The position numbers were made by a program, and so were the translations under genes. Under the pieces are notes generated by a model. It was not told the DNA's origin and ran no database searches. It saw only the letters and a program-made list of their open reading frames with translations. Of a stretch of 49,420 bases of DNA, positions 23,301 through 34,545 are shown one piece after another (the first letter of the stretch is position 1; every line of letters starts with the position of its first letter). Source of the DNA: Girardia tigrina (lineage: Eukaryota); assembly GCA_001938485.1 (NCBI GenBank), contig MQRK01170873.1, positions 14,585 through 64,004 on the forward strand. Direction: 5' to 3'.

Positions 23301-25569
23301 TTTGTTTTGCTGAATTTATCAGTTGAAAGAATTCTGATTTTTTTGAAAACGATTGATTTGTCATATAAAATTTTTAATTCGTTTTTGAAAATTATTATTT
23401 TTGAGCTGAACAATTTTAAAATATGAGCCAAATAAATATTAAAAATTTTGAAATCTTTAAACTATTGGTATAGTAGTACAACCTTGATGGCAGTTCTTTA
23501 GAGCAACCCAGGGACTGCCAAAATGCTTATTCTATTTTATCTGGTCACCTTTGAAATGATAACCACTTAGTGGTCACAACTGGTATAATGCATAATTTAA
23601 ACAAGTAATAAATCTATTATCTGTTGATAAAATGTAGGTTATTTTACGTATTTTACCGTAAATAATAATTTTAACCCTTTATTTCCCAAATTATGAGATC
23701 TTATTAAAAAAAATTTTTAAAAATATTCATGAGACTTGTTTGTGACCCATATATCATACTTTGAATGTATTACATCATCGATTATTGATTTATCGATTTT
23801 GTAAGAATGTTCATGTACAACATTGCGAAAATTAGAAATTCACATAAATAATTTCAAAGGTAATCATATAATGAGTTGCATATATTAAAATAAAAATTAC
23901 TTACATTTAAAATAATGTTAGTACTTTTACAATAAAAATGTAATAGAAACATTCATTATTCATGATAAAAGTCATAAAAGCAGTTACGAGATGATAATAG
24001 GCATAAAAATATTACATTTGCAGCATTTGACATATGTATAACCTTTTTTGCAAAAAAATATATCTTATTTTAAGTTTTTCGGTATTTAATGTATTATTTA
24101 ATTTTTCTTTTTCATTTCCTATTTAAATAAGTTCAAATAATATTATGAAACATTTCGAAAATAATTAATTAAATTTCAAACTTATCTAGATCGTAAGATA
24201 ATATCAAGATATCTTGATAAGATTTCTTAATGAATCGATTTACTAGTCATTCTATTAAGAATTCGAACAATAAGTTTAATAATCGATGCTTTTGGAAGTT
24301 CGGAGATAATAATATAATGTGAATTCTTTTCTGCATCGGTCACATGGTACTTGTTATGAAGTTACTGAAGTAAGTTATAAAATCGGTTCGCTTCTCCTTA
24401 CTTCATTTCATATCAAATGCCAACTGGTCATACTTTTGTTCAAATGTGAAATGTTGAGTACTCAAGAGAGCTGATCGAATAATTATTTATTCAACCCGCT
24501 TGAAAACCAACAAAAGGAAATTCAAATTTATATTAAGATAGACTTTGTTTTAGTTGTGTTTATACCAATAAAATTTAATATGTATTAGATATTAAATAAT
24601 CAGAAAAGACAACTCAAATTCTTTTTTATAAAATATATTTAATTAGTCACAAAAATTACAAAATATTTTCCTTTGCACAATTATATAAAAATAACCTACT
24701 TGTGTAATGTAAAATTTTAGTGTAGTCCCAAAACTTCGTTTGCTGACTACAAATTGGATTTTGCAAGATAAATAAATATTATTATTTTAATATAATAGAA
24801 ATTTATGATAGAATTTAAATATTAAAATTTAATATAATAATTATAATAAAAAGATAAAAGGTTGATGCTCACCGAATAAAGGGATATCTTTTCAACTCAA
24901 TAAAATTTTTGGCAACTTCAAATAATTTCTCGAAAAAAATGATTAGCGACCAAGAAAAAATTGAATTTACGAGCGGAATAAAATTTTTGGAAACCTAAGA
25001 AATTTAATTAATAATAAAATTTCTTTGGGAACGTCTGATAATTTCTTTGGCAGATATTCAGCTATGGAGACGGAATTCGACTAAAAATATATTAAGTTTT
25101 TTTTATCTACTTAAAGGTTAAAAAAATGCTTACTTAAAAATATATTAATTTTTATCAAACGAGAACTCTACGGCACTGTTTTTATTGTAATGCAAAACTG
25201 CGTAGCTAACGTAGAACAAAAAATAAAAGGAATGCGTAGCTACGCTAAAATGTGTTGCAAGGTAGAAGGACTTGCATTTGAACTTATAAATAATAATAAA
25301 TTCGATTTTAATGAATAATGAATATAATAAGTTCAATTTATTTTCCTTATAAACGCAATTATTAAATAATAGCTTCGTAATATTTAATAAACGCAAAATA
25401 ATTAAATGAACATAAAATAAACGATAAAATGAAATAAAATAAAATTGCTTTATCACATTAATAACAAGAAAGTAAAACAAAAATAAAATTATTTTATTTA
25501 CAATCCCCAACAGAAAGTATAAATTTGAAAGTAGCATCTGTAGTCAGTTCTTATTCTTATTTTCTGTCT

Positions 25570-26440
25570 ATTCAAATTGATTGGAAATATTGGAGCTAGA
25601 AGATTTTTCTTTACAATATAACACATTTAAAATAGCCATGTGGATTGTGTGTACAAAGTAAAGTTGTTGTTCAACCTCAATTAGTCTCATTTTTTTATGA
25701 ATGATATAATATCTGTAGTTACACAAACGATGTCACTTGACGGACAAATATCAAACATCATTAGTTTTTCTTTTATGATCTGAATAATTTTTTTCAGCTG
25801 GCAAACTTCCAATAATACAAATTAATCCATGATTCCAAAATTGTTGTTTAGTATCAATGTTCATGTCTAAATAAAAACGATTTGATATTGACGTCCATTC
25901 ATTGAAAGTCAAACTAAAACCACAACCTTGCTTTTTCATGCCTGAGAGATTTTTTTCTAATTACATCGCAAATATTTTGACAATAATTTAACACCATTTC
26001 CGAATTGTATTTGACGATTGCGGTATATTTCAAAATCTTGTCGATTCAAGTAGCGATCTTAGATCATAAGATGTACAGAATAAAAAGGTCATGTTGTCTT
26101 TCGCAGTTATGTGTGATATAATCGTTGCCAAAGAATCGTCACTTCATAAATTATCCTGTAATTTTCTTTTTAGAGGAAGAAATATTGGTTAGTGGCGTAG
26201 ACATATTTGTGAATGCTTCACGGCTTCCAAAACAATCTTTAAAACCCCGTTTCAGAGCAGTTATTTTGTTTACAGTCTGCAAATGCGAATGAAGTGCACC
26301 AGTCGATCCATTTCATCTATGTATTTCATTACTTTTGAGAATGTTTTGCATTTCGCCTCTTAACCATTAGAAAATATGTCCTAAGTGATTTGTCATTATC
26401 AATAACTTTCCTGTATATCTCGAATTTGTTATCCATACTT
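25570..26440 (-). mobile_element. hAT transposase N-terminal remnant (BED finger plus first catalytic region)
   Basis: GSTGALHSHLQ (BED finger end), FSLTFNEWTSISNRFYLDMNI...FWNHGLICIIGSLPAEK, DIVCVTTD and HTIHMAI. Confidence 0.88.
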
Positions 26441-26704
26441 ATTATGATCTGTTTATAAAAACAAATATTAAAAAAATGGATTTCTAGTGTTGGGGAATAG
26501 TTTTAATTTTTGTTTTTTTTTTAAAAAAAATATAAAGGAATAAATTAATTAACATACTTTTGTGTTGCATAAAAATAAATGATCATAAGAATCATAATGG
26601 ATTGACAAAAGCATTAGGCAAATTAAATCCATCGGATGAAGACATGGATGAAATTCTCCACGGTGAATCTTGAGACAGCACAAAAGATTGACAGGATTAA
26701 ACAA

Positions 26705-27020
26705 TTTACGAATCTTTTCTCCAAATTCTCCAGTTCTTTCGAATGGCTATACCATCGGTTCTTGTAGTTCGGACGATTGGCAACGTCAAATGCATTAATT
26801 TCAAGCTCCATTGTTTGAAGCAGATCCTTTGCATCGACAAACAAGATCTCGATTTTTATGTGTTTTTGAGAATCATTTGATTTCATATCCACATTTTTGT
26901 GGCATTCGATTATACCTCTGAGATAAGTAATGAGCTGACCGAAGCAATAAGTTATTTCACTAGTTATATTTCCATATTGTTTTTTTCGTGGTTTTCATGA
27001 ATCGAAGGCATTTTTGACAT
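26705..27020 (-). pseudogene. VTI1A: VTI1-like SNARE N-terminal (Habc) exon with frameshift
   Basis: HE/KQYGNITSEIT...EILFVDAKDLLQTMELEINAFDVANRPNYKNRWYSHSKELENLEKRF aligns with VTI1A EQDFAVLTAEIT...EEAKELLEQMDLEVREIPPQSRGMYSNRMRSYKQEMGKLETDF. Similarity ends at a GTAAAT donor-like site. Confidence 0.8.
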
Positions 27021-28199
27021 AATTAAAAATTATATTAAAAAAAATATATTAAAAATAAAATAAATAGAATGAAGCTTTACCCACTCCTGGGGTATCCTCG
27101 GGGATGGGGCATAATCGATGCTCCATCCCTCCGGACAATCCCGGAGTCGGGCATATCTTTTTACCTGTTTTTTTTGTTGATTTTTTTTTAGCAGAAATAT
27201 TTTTATCCTGATCGTTTTGTTGGAAAATGAATGAATTTCAAAAAATAAAATTGTGAGTCTTTCTATGTCTACTCTCCAATCGGGAGAGTAGACATTAATT
27301 TCCTCGATTGGGGAAATTCCCCAATGTTAATAACCCAAAAAAGTGCAATGAAAAAATGGAGCAATTAGGGAATAATTCCCTAGAAAATTTATGGGCTTTT
27401 AGCCCGAATATTATTTTAAAAAAAATTTATAAATTTTTTTAAAATTAATATATATATATTTATATATTTTAATTAATTTATATTGTGATATATAGGCCAA
27501 AATAAGTATAAAAAGGCCAAAAAACTTTTATGGAAAAAAGGAAAAATCTCGACAAAACTAAAAGGACAAAATTTTGTAAGGAATCAAGCTTATCAACAGA
27601 AATAAATTATCCTTGGAAGAAGCTAATTCAAATTGTATAAATAAGAATAACATTTTTTTTGGAGAGTAATCTGATCAACAGTAACCTGTATAGGTGAAAG
27701 CATCAGACGTTTTCTTTTTAAAAATCAATTCTATTATTTGAATTCAAATTGAGCTGGAGTAACCTGCAATAGGTGAAGCTCATTTGTAATATAATTTTTG
27801 AGAATCTCGCCTCCAATCAATAATCTAATTGTACAAGTTGTTTTTAAAGCAATTGTAATTTGTTTGAATCAATAAAAATTTATTTCGAAATATTTTGTGT
27901 TGAACAAAGTTATAATCGAGCTCAAATTTAATCTGTGAATTCGGAAGCGGTACACCATCAAAAATCCTTCTGATAATTTTAAAATTTTGTTGGCTTGTTG
28001 TTAAACTCCCAACACTAGGTCAAAACACATTTATAATTTTCCTTACTTTTTCTTGATACTGAATAATAATTTCTCTAATAATGTGTTTAAAATAAATATT
28101 TAAACAACTTTAAATAAGATATTATATTTTATTGGAATTACGAAACTAAAAATAGAACGTAATAGTGCAAATATTAAAAATGTAAATATTTTTAAAAAA

Positions 28200-28303
28200 T
28201 TTACGAAAACCGGTTTTCCGAGGTTTCAAAACAGCAAAACCCAATTTTTTCAAAACCGGAAAACTCGGTTTTTAATCCATATACCCTCCGGATTACATTC
28301 CCA
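28200..28303. repeat. Probable hAT-type transposon end with AAACCG subterminal motifs
   Basis: Clustered AAAACCGG/CGGTTTT motifs ending in CCGGATTACATTCCC. Confidence 0.4.
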
Positions 28304-28304
28304 C

Positions 28305-28680
28305 CCAAAAACTAATGCTTACGAAAGGTAACAAGCAAAACTATAGTTGAAAGAAGAGTATTATTACCTTGAGCAGGGAATGATTTTAAAGAAAATCCAT
28401 AGAAAGTCGATCTTTCAAAAATCAGCTTGGCTCCAACCTTATATTGAGTTTAAAATACAAAAAAGAACAGAAGCCAAGCAAAGGAGGTATAGTTTTGGAG
28501 ATGTCTTCTTCAAGCTATTATATAACTTTTTCTATGGTAAAACCCTTGAAAATGTCCGCGATTATTCAGATATCGAGTTTGTAAGCGATATTAAAATATA
28601 TTAGAGACTTGCCGGTAGAGTAAATTATAACGGATTTATTGCGTTTCATAGTAAATTATGTACAATTTTATGTAATTTTT
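28305..28680 (+). mobile_element. Polinton protein-primed DNA polymerase B fragment
   Basis: YYLEQGMILKKIHR...FQKSAWLQPYIEFKIQKRTEAK...FFKLLYNFFYGKTLENVR (motif B, K-x3-N-x2-YGK, in Polinton context). Confidence 0.92.
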
Positions 28681-28975
28681 CGTGAGATTGAGCATCCAAA
28701 AAGACCTTGAAAAATATCGGAACCCAATTCAAAATCTAAAGCAAAACACTCCGCAACTCGCAGATTTCGGCCGGTCTCAAATTCTTTTATTTCTACAAGC
28801 AGTTAAATTTAATGAATTGCATTTAGAAAATAAGTTTTATATTTTATATTTCCTTTTGTAATTATTGATAATTGAAAAAAACGATATAAAGATTTATTTT
28901 TAATTCTCAAAGTATAATCGAAAACAAAACGAGATAATCATTCAAAAATTGAAAACAAAGAAAAAACTGATAATA

Positions 28976-29182
28976 TCACTGGGGTTCTCCGTCGACCCAC
29001 GTTATTTTAATATTCTGACAGGGTTTGTCCTGAACTATTTTTAGTTTTTTATCTGAGGCTAGTTGAAGGAGGGTGAAAAATTTGGATGATGCCTCTCTTT
29101 TCGATATGTCATTATTTCCTACTATCGTTGTGGTAAAGTCGACCTCTTCATTGTTGTGGATGGCGCAGTTTAGAATAATTCT
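28976..29182 (-). CDS. Rad21/Rec8 kleisin C-terminal winged-helix exon (probably pseudogenic copy; possible upstream exons to ~29790)
   Basis: RIILNCAIHNNEEVDFTTTIVGNNDISKREASSKFFTLLQLASDKKLKIVQDKPCQNIKITWVDGEPQ* matches Rad21 [36 protein letters not shown]. It is missing from the ORF track because it has no start codon. Confidence 0.8.
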   Translation of the reverse strand, partial: RIILNCAIHNNEEVDFTTTIVGNNDISKREASSKFFTLLQLASDKKLKIVQDKPCQNIKITWVDGEPQ

Positions 29183-29794
29183 CGATTAATTCAATAAATT
29201 TTTCATTTTTAAAAGATAAAGTTAAATTCTTCGATGAATTTGAAAAGTAATTCTCTACAAGTCGTCTCATGAATTGAATTCTTATCACTCCAATTTTATT
29301 TTGTCACACCGTGAGAATTTTTATCATAGAACACACACAAACAGACATTATAATTAAAATCAAACTATTTTGTAAAGCTTGACATCGATCAATAAATTTT
29401 GAATACAAGAATACAAAAGTACTTTTTGAAAAATTGATTAATTCAAAGTTTGAGTGGTTTTCCAGAAATTGGGATTGATCTTGATAAATTCCTGAGAGCA
29501 GAGATCTGCTATTAAATGAATACAGCAACATGGATTTTAAAATGCTAATATTTTGGGCGTGTTGGACTTTTACAAATCTACTGTTACAAAGGCGATGAAG
29601 TGATATCAAGAGTTAGGAAATTACGTGGATCAACTGGAGTAGGCCTCCCATCTCTTTCGAATGGTATTGAGCCACTAGGCTCTTTAGAGGGTTCACCCAA
29701 ACAAAAGAGTGCTAGCTGCTCTCCGATAGGCCTCCTACGGTAACGGAGTGCTTCAGTCTCCGAAATTTCTTGGGCTTCCCTGTTGCAAACGACC

Positions 29795-29970
29795 AATCAT
29801 GGATTGTGGTACCATGATTGAGCATCCCTTAGCCTGTATTTGTGGACTTGGTACAGCCGTGAAAGTGACATTTGAACTTTCCCATCGCATTTAAATCTGC
29901 GATCCTAAAAGACAAATGTGTATCTTTCGGATAAGTCTTTTGCTCCACCACCGTTGAAGGATCAAAAATT
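29795..29970 (-). pseudogene. C2H2 zinc-finger remnant, possibly the N-terminus of a non-LTR element ORF
   Basis: KFKCHFHGCTKSTNTG*GMLNHGTTIH (C-x4-C-x12-H-x4-H). Confidence 0.5.
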
Positions 29971-30552
29971 TTACACTTGAAATAATCGTTTATTGATTTT
30001 AGTAAAAATATAATAAACATATATTTCAGCAATATTTTACAACAACTTTTATTTCTATCAAGTTCTATATTAGCCAGACTTAAGTCTTGCTTTTCGGCAC
30101 CCAATTTTAAACTACAAAAACAATTTTTTAATAAAAATAGGCGTGGTTAAAAAATGTTTCTGAAGATCAAATTAAAGTGGTACAGATATTTATATTGAAA
30201 TGTATGAAAAAAGTAATGACATTTATTTATGCGATAGAAAAATTATTTAACAGCTTTTTAAGAGAAAATGTCATTAATTATCTTTGTTTATATTTCAATG
30301 ATACTAATATACATCATATTTTACATAAAAAGACTTTTTCAAATGAAAGATTTTATGAATATTTCTTATAAATAATATAAAATAAAAAACAAAAAAATAT
30401 AAAAAATATAAATATATAAAATATAAAAAATATAAAAATAAAAATTTTTATATTATTTAAAACAAAAAACAAAATTAAGACAACGGATCTTCTAGTGAAT
30501 CTTTTGAGGAAAGTCTTCACATGGTACGTAAACCTAAAAGAAAATGATTATA

Positions 30553-30840
30553 CAGGGTTATCATAAAGTAACTAGAGTTTTAAAACCACTTTAATATTTC
30601 GTAGAAATAGTGGAAAACACAAAACAAATTGAAAAATGTATTCAGTTATATTTCGGATTTNNNNNNNNNNNNNNNNNNNNNNNNNNNNNNNNNNNNNNNN
30701 NNNNNNNNNNNNNNNNNNNNNNNNTGTAGCATATCTTGAGGGATATTACTGATGAATGACGAAATGTTCTCCTTTAACTGAGCAAGGTTGGCAGGAGGAG
30801 GCATATAGACATTTGCCTTGAGATGACCCCACAACCAAAA
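30553..30840 (-). mobile_element. Tc1/mariner transposase C-terminus and terminal repeat
   Basis: WLWGHLKANVYMPPPANLAQLKENISSFISNIPQDML, with a TA|CAGGGT terminus at 30551-30558. Confidence 0.85.
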
Positions 30841-31211
30841 ATTTTATTGATTCAGTATTAGATTGTATATTATCTAATAAATATGGAGAATATTTTCATT
30901 AAGATTTCATCCTATTAAGAGTTGAATTTAAATATCCTTCATCTTTATTTTATTGTTCTACTTTTTTATTTTTTTCTCTTTAAATTTTTTTTAATTTCTT
31001 TATCAAACTCATTTGCTTTTACTTATCATATTCTCCCATGGATTGTCTTAATTTATCTTTATAAAAAAAATTCTTGATCTTATAAATGTTTATTTTTTTG
31101 GTTTTTTAACTTGCATATTTTACTAATGTACCAGAATAAATATTTAAATTACGTGTCATTTCCGATAAGACCACATTTTTACTAATTTTACTTTTACTAA
31201 ATCCTTAATTC

Positions 31212-31511
31212 ATGAGTGATGTAATGCTGTGGACAACAGGAAAAATCATAGCTACTTTCGATAGCGAGAGTGAATGGTCGTACTTTTCCGTGTTCCCCTT
31301 TTGGACAGACAATGCTGCATTGATAATGCTCAACGAGAGCGATCGGATTGTCAAGAGAATAGGTCTTAAAGGGGAATGAACATCTCATTCAAAACGCTTG
31401 GAAGTGTTTTGACGGTGCCGGTAAACATGTCGTTATTTGTCTTTAACAAAGAATTCACTTGATGTGGACGGACTGATCGAATTCGATAATGTGATCAAGA
31501 TAGATCAATAG
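31212..31511 (+). pseudogene. Unidentified gene-like fragment
   Basis: Higher-GC coding-like stretch MSDVMLWTTGKIIATFDSESEWSYFSVFPFWTDNAALIMLNESDRIVKRIGLKG followed by broken frames. Confidence 0.25.
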
Positions 31512-32082
31512 TAAAAATTAAGTGTTGATCATTGTTGGGAATTGATTGATTTGTTTTACTGTGCTATTACTATTAGTTTAATGATATGTTTTGTAAAAAC
31601 TTTTGAATTTGTAAACAATTGTTAATGAAACATTTTGTAATTGTTCAATTCAATTAAGATTAATTATCTACATAAAAATTAATCGCAATTATCAATTTCA
31701 ATCATTAAAAACCATGATATTTCAAATCGATTTTTCATTTCACCGCAAAACATTCCCGATAATCACAATAACAATCTTACCACTTGGATAACATTACTGG
31801 ATTTTTTTTCCGTTCAGTTATCTCACTTTTGAAAGCAACATCTGTATGAATGACACTACGCGAATTCCAAAATATTTTCAGCCTGAGAACTCATCGAAGT
31901 GATGATCTTTTCAGTTTATTCGAACTTAACGTTCCATGTGTCAGAAAAATGATATTTTATGTCAGTGACAATAATTTCTAACATTCATTTATCAATTTCT
32001 ACATGCACAAGTTGGAAATCATTCATTAAATATTTCATAATATTTGTCATTATTTTTTAGTCCCCAGGGAAATAATCATATA

Positions 32083-32218
32083 CCCTAATTTCTTGTGTAT
32101 AACCCGCGGGTTATATGAAAAAAAAGTAAGTCTTCCCGAAAATTCGAGGATGTGGGTTATACTTTTCATATAAATTTTTGATATTTTTAATGTGCGGGTT
32201 ATATGCAAGAAATTAGGG
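32083..32218. mobile_element. 136-bp MITE (pogo/Tc1 type) with 25-bp TIRs and TA duplication
   Basis: TA|CCCTAATTTCTTGTGTATAACCCGC ... GCGGGTTATATGCAAGAAATTAGGG|TA (23/25 match), with internal G.GGGTTATA repeats. Confidence 0.9.
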
Positions 32219-32581
32219 TAATTAAAAATGTACCATAGTCGACAGTTTAGGTCCCAGACAAGCACTGTTTTGTTGATTCGAATTTGAGACCGATTTCTTC
32301 AATAGTTTGAAGTTTTAAATTCATGATAATTAACGTTTTAATCAATATAACTTTGAATTAAATAAAGAAATTTCCGTGAAACTTTATTTTCTTACACTTT
32401 TTACCAAAAATGGCGACTTTTTCAAATAAATAACAAATATTTTCGCGCCAAATAAAATTATAATGCTTGATTAAAACAAGTCGAAAATATATCAAAAAAT
32501 AAAAAATAATAATAAAACACAATTTCGAATCATTCCCAGATTGGCTGATCCCGATTTGATCTATTTTTAGATTGGCCAATC

Positions 32582-32945
32582 ATGGGTCATTTATTAATAG
32601 ATCGACTCGAAATTTGTTAAATCGATTCCGAACGAATCGATTTTCGGATATTAATTGTGAAAATGTTGACAAACATGTGGTGAGAATCGTATTGAATAAT
32701 GTCAAACGTCACAATTCGTTATCTCTGAATTTTATAACTGAACTCGAGAATCATTTGCGCGGAATCGAGCAATCGAACAAGCCAATAAGACCGACATTAG
32801 GGCTGTCATCATTAAGTCGTCGAGTCGCACGTTTTCCAGTGGACATGATTTACGAGAATTTGATGAGAACGATTGTGAGCAACATCGAGAGATATTCGAT
32901 AAGGCGAGTTCGCTCATGAAATCGATTGCACACGCTCGTTGCTGT
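32582..32945 (+). pseudogene. ECHDC3: ECHDC3-like enoyl-CoA hydratase 5' fragment, frameshifted
   Basis: VVRIVLNNVKRHNSLSLNFITEL / DIRAVIIKSSSRTFSSGHDLREF...HREIFDKASSLMKSI matches ECHDC3 (IRNIVLSNPKKRNTLSL...VFSSGHDLKEL...HAEVFQTCSKVM). The frameshift coincides with the 8-bp duplication AATCGAGC-AATCGAAC. Confidence 0.85.
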
Positions 32946-33719
32946 TGATGCCGGTCTGGTAACCCTCCTCATTTACAATCAAACTACCAACTTAATTAAT
33001 AACTCTAAACAAATATTTTTATCTCTGAATAAATTTATCGACTTTAACGCTTTGTTCAACATTATTTATAATCCTCTAACAAAAAAAGGCAATTTAAAAT
33101 TTATTGATTCAAAGATCGTAAACATATACTAATTAAAAACATTACCAGCATATATCTTTTGTTTCTTATTTTTCGATTCTAAGACAGATCTTTGTAATCA
33201 TCGTTATTTAATCAGTTGACATAATTACTACTTAGTGTTAGTCTAACAATGGTTGTTGTAAATACGAAAAAATTCAGAACTCATATAGACTAATGTATAT
33301 TGGCAGATACAAAATCTCAGGGTCAATTAACAATATTACGAATATAAATGTGTTAAAATAAAGGTGAATTTCATTAATCTCAATTAAATTAATTCTTCAC
33401 GTTTAATTCACATTCAGTTTTTTCCATTTAATAAATTATTATTTGTTTATCTGTTTTTCTTGTATTAAATAAAACAGGAATTTAAACTTTATATACATAA
33501 CAGAGTGGATCGTACTTTTTTATTTTAAGAAATTCGCTTCGTTACTAGTGAGGAAAGTTGATACCCTCTGTGGAAAATTTTAGCTAAAACGAATTCGATT
33601 TAAGGGTGGGAAATTTCATTAATAAATCATGAAAATTCCAAATGTACAGTAATTATATGGAATTCAGACTGGGTATCATATTTCATTAATTGCAAACGAA
33701 ATACAAACTAGAATGATTA

Positions 33720-34010
33720 GGCTTTAGCGACTCCTTTGTGAATAAACATCTTAATATGCACTCGCGGTAATAGTTTGTCCAGGGTTTTACTTTCTCAGTT
33801 TCTGTTTCATCTGCATTTATCGGAATTTGATATACTTACCTAATTTATGCTGAGGAAGCACTGTAAAATACCCAACTTCGTCTACACTTAAATTTCTGAA
33901 GGGTAACGGAATCCAGAAGCGTTCCTTCTACCGCTAGTGTACCTACTTGCAAAACATCCTACCTTTTAACTTTATTTGATGGGGGAATGTACCTTTGCGC
34001 ATGAATCCAA
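33720..34010 (-). mobile_element. Possible BEL/Pao integrase remnant
   Basis: KERFWIPLPFRNLSVDEVGYFTV and ILRCLFTK loosely resemble Pao RFWI, PF...VD..GPF.V and IFTCL.T motifs. Confidence 0.3.
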
Positions 34011-34029
34011 TGTTTTGAAAAAATTTTCG

Positions 34030-34545
34030 TTTAATCTTACGAGTAATACATTTCTCTAATACTTTTCTATTCTGAAAGATGCTCTCTTTGGGATGCTAAA
34101 ATAAACTTCAATGCCGAAAAAGCTCTTTCAACGCTGACCTGAGTTGCCGGAACAGCTAATATGACCTGCACAGCTTCAAATAATAGAGGTAGATCAATTT
34201 TTTTTGTTCCAGAATTCTAAATTGTTCTGTTCTTTAGAAATTCTCGAATATGTGTCATATATTTCCAGTTAATTTTGTATCGTAACAGCAATAGTGCATT
34301 TATTATTAATGCTTTTTGATGACGAGTTCTTTTATTTCGTCTTTAGTAGTTCTTCAGGCATATCTGCTCCGTATGTAAATATTTTCATTGTTTTATGGTC
34401 TTGAAAAATTTGTTCATATCTTTGATGTTTTCATCATTTAATATCATTCTAAATCTAGGATCTAAATATAGGGCAGCGTTTAAAAGCTCGTTATCAATAA
34501 GCATTTTTTCACGTCTACGAACATTTATATACTGGTCTTCAAAAT
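34030..34545 (-). mobile_element. hAT transposase C-terminal dimerisation region
   Basis: RREKMLIDNELLNAALYLDPRF and LPLLFEAVQVILAVPATQVSVERAFSALKFIL. Confidence 0.92.

Noticed and set aside
25145-25537. 130-aa hydrophobic ORF
   Set aside because: Low-complexity AT-rich translation with no motif; likely chance.
27795-27805. AATTTTTGAG Sm-site-like motif suggesting an snRNA or SL RNA
   Set aside because: Very common in AT-rich DNA, and no snRNA or spliced-leader sequence is recognisable.
11155-29600. In-frame TAA/TAG at plausible Gln/Glu positions (LRRC46, ERK, Rec8-like exons, Ubl) while several true ends are TGA, suggesting a ciliate-like genetic code
   Set aside because: The same or neighbouring fragments also carry frameshifts, truncations and in-frame TGA. 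Ordinary pseudogene decay explains the stops.
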